From assembly GCF_018350175.1 (NCBI RefSeq), contig NC_058383.1, forward strand, positions 9,240,001 through 9,304,000: a stretch of 64,000 nucleotides of DNA, written 5' to 3'. Under the pieces are notes generated by a model. It searched no databases. It was not told where the DNA came from and worked only from the letters and a program-made list of their open reading frames with translations. The DNA comes from Felis catus. Taxonomy: Eukaryota. Each line of letters opens with the position of its first letter. Position 1 is the stretch's first letter. A program made the translations under genes and the position numbers. Shown one piece after another: positions 61,193-64,000 of this stretch.

Positions 61193-63322
61193 GTTACATA
61201 AACTTCCCCACCCTCTTCCCTTGCCAACTGAACAGGAAAATGGAATCACAATATTACCACGGTTCAAATGGGAGGCTAAAAAAACAAGCAAAAACATAGA
61301 CGGGGTTAAAAATGGTGAGCTTTTCTTTTTTTCCGTTTGTTCTCTCTCTTTTTTTTTTTTTTTTTTTTTTAAGGTAGCGTCCAAGAATACCCCCGCCCCC
61401 CAGTACTTGTCCCCAAAGACATTTTTGGTGACTGGCAAAGTCTCCACACACACACACCCCCCCACCCCCATCTCACCTCCCTGGAAGGGTGCAGGTGAGA
61501 GGCCTGGATGTCCTGAGGTCCCAGATCTCGCAGGGCCCGAGGGAAGGGAGAGGATTTGGGGAACATGCTTTGTGAAAGGGGTAACAGAGTGCCGTCTCCC
61601 AGGAGGCTCCTGGAGCAATGTCAAAATGGAATCCCATTCTGGGAGGCAGTCAAGATTTGGGTGCGGCCGACAGGGCACCCTCCCCAAGGCTGGAGGCTAC
61701 ACCCTCTTCCCTGGTTGCTCTGTCCTGGGGTCTACTTCGTTGCTGTGGCTTTTTTGTCTGTACGTGTCCAGGGCTCTTGGTGGCCTACTGCTCAGGGAGG
61801 GGAGGGGACCAGAAGTGGGATGGAGCTTCCTTTTGGCCCTGGCTTTGTTCTGTGCCTTTCCAGGAGGATGAGAAGCTCCCCTGAGAAGGTGTTTGGGGGC
61901 TCTGTGCCCATGGTGGTGGGGGGATGGGCACACTCTCTTCTGAGTTTGTCCACCGTCTCTGTCCTGGCTGCCTTCAGCTACCTTTGTGTGTCCTCTTCCA
62001 CCCCCAGGACAGATCCAGGGACACTGGTGTGATCCTCCCTATGTGGCCCAGCCAGGCCCTTGGGAGCTCAGGAGCCTGGCACCCTGTCCAAGTGGGGCAG
62101 TCCCGAAACAGGTAACGTCCTTAAACAAAAATTAACCTCGACGCCAAGAGCCTTTTGTCTGCTGCCTTTGGCTTTCCTCACTAAGGCCTTGGCGGTAAGG
62201 GTGTTTGAGAAAATAAAGGGAGTGAAGGAAACAGCCAAAAATCAAAATGAAACTGACCAACACGGACATATTTGCTGCTGAGACCGGAGGTCTGGGGAGG
62301 GGCAGCCCCCACCCTCCCTGCTGGGAGGCAGCCTTAGGGTCTGGGGTGGGGGCACCTGCAGGCCTGTCCACCCCAAGTCCCCCTGCCCACCCAGTGCCCC
62401 TGCCAGTACTGCAGCCCCATCTCCCTGAGATCAACGGATACAAGGGGATGTGGGGCTCCCCTGGGGCTTGGGAGAACGCCCCCTTCCCAGCCCAGCCTAG
62501 CCCCTCCACCTGGGAAAGGCCGAGAAGCCTGTCTGTTCTGCCAGCCCCTGCCATCGCCACAGCTGCTTGTGGGTCTCAAGGAGTCCTGGCCCCTCCTGGA
62601 GGATGGGTGGGAACAGTTTTTGGGAGGTGTTGGTGTGGAGTCTCTGAGGGAGCAATGGGGACACTGGCAGGTGCTTTAGGAAGGTTGGAACACGGGGAAC
62701 AAGGGCGCCTGCAGGTTTGAGACATCTGTCCACACGTGGGCAGCCAGTCCCTGGGGGAAAGGACACACTCTCCTTGGAAAAGGGACTTTAGAAATGCAGC
62801 TCGGTGGCCGCTTGGGGACAGAGAAAGGGGAGGGCTTCGAGGGAGAGGGAGGGGCCAGTGAGAGGGTTGAGGGAGGGAGGGCGCTTGGAGAGGGAAAGGG
62901 AGGCTCAGGGCCTAAGTGGTGCCCAGGGGAGACCCCGTCTCTGAATCCGGTTCCTGACTGCGACCCCTAGCATTGTCCATGCCCCTCCCACCCCAATATG
63001 CCTGGAGAGAGGGAGGCAGGAGACCCCGGATTCTCCTCAGCTCTCTACCCAACTGGCTGGGAGTCCCAGTGGTCAACCCCCTCTGGCCATCAGTTTGCCA
63101 AGCTCAAGGGTGGCCCAAGCCTGCAGGCCCCCCTCGCCCTGACACTAGGGCCAGGTGGGCGCAACAACCAAGCATTCCAGGCCGCTCCCGAGCCGGGAGG
63201 GGGAAGCGGCGCCTCCCTCCCCCATTTACACACTCACCGCGCCCCGCCCGGCGGTGACACCCCACCCAGCGCGGCGCAGCCCGCACGGCGCGGGAACCCT
63301 CCGCAAAGCGAAGCGTACGTAC

Positions 63323-63500
63323 ATCTGGCGGGCTGTGCGCCGAGCCGGGGCGGCCCCCGTGCGCTCCGCTCCGCTGTCTGTTGCCGCCGTTCTGCTGGGG
63401 CGACCCCCACCCGCTGCCGCCGGACGGGGAAGGCGACCGGCTCCCGCTGGACCGCTGGCTGCCCGTCTTCCGCCCGTCATCTCGGTGCTTGGGGCTCAGC
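63323..63500 (-). CDS. SRRM3: SRRM3 internal coding exon
   Basis: CAG|...GAT|GTACGT, 178 nt, phase 2-0: (R)LSPKHRDDGRKTGSQRSSGSRSPSPSGGSGWGSPQQNGG...SAHSPPD. Confidence 0.9.
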
Positions 63501-63852
63501 CTGGGGGTGGGGCGTGGGGAGGGGACGTGGCGGGCAGCCGGCGTGGGACCGCCCCCTCTGCGAGCGGAACCGCTGCCCCTTCCCCTGCCTCTCACTTGCA
63601 TTTAGAGAGCAAGGCCCTGGCCCACCTATTGCCTCGACTTCCAAGAGCCGCGGCCGGAAGCTCTTCCTCGCCCATCTGCAGGGGGGTGGGCACCTGCACC
63701 CTCCTGGTAGACTTCCACCCACCAACTGCTCTTCTGCCCACCAGCCTCTTCCCCAGCCCTTGGGAGGGTTCGATCTGCAACTCCCCACCCTCCAGCAGAG
63801 CTGAACCGAGCTGAACGTCCTCTGGAGCGTTTCGAAGGGGCCCAGGACCTAC

Positions 63853-63957
63853 CTGCTGGGTGATCTGGAATCGCTGTAGTGGGAGGAGAGGGAGGGGCTC
63901 TGGGAGCTGCCGCTGCTGTGGCGACGGGGCCTCCGACCTGGGGACTCCGCGTGTGGC
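63853..63957 (-). CDS. SRRM3: SRRM3 internal coding exon (upstream exons lie beyond the window)
   Basis: CAG|...AG|GTAGGT, 105 nt, phase 2-2: PHAESPGRRPRRHSSGSSQSPSLSSHYSDSRSPS(R). Confidence 0.88.
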
Positions 63958-64000
63958 CTGGGAGAGAAACCAGCCAGTACCTAAGTTCCGCCTGACTGCC

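Overview
Mammalian (carnivore, most likely felid, judged from abundant feline-type Can-SINEs) genomic DNA carrying the conserved YWHAG-HSPB1-SRRM3 block. Bases 1-23810 are intron 1 of YWHAG (14-3-3 gamma, + strand; exon 1 lies upstream of the window), followed by its last coding exon (23811-24467) and a 3' UTR of about 2.8 kb. An orphan CpG island with CCAAT boxes and an E-box sits at about 32650-34300. HSPB1 (HSP27, - strand) is complete: 3 exons, 205 aa, with promoter and intronic heat-shock elements. The last six coding exons of SRRM3 (- strand, neural microexon regulator with an eMIC domain) run from 63957 to 49694. The left 44 kb is rich in SINEs and older repeats, while I saw no Can-SINE in the right 20 kb. 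The most interesting unexplained signals are several short stop-introducing (poison) microexon-like units inside SRRM3 introns, some with the upstream UGC motif that SRRM3/4 use, which suggests self-regulation. These are sequence-only inferences. Almost all ORFs in the supplied track are spurious, and repeat boundaries are approximate.
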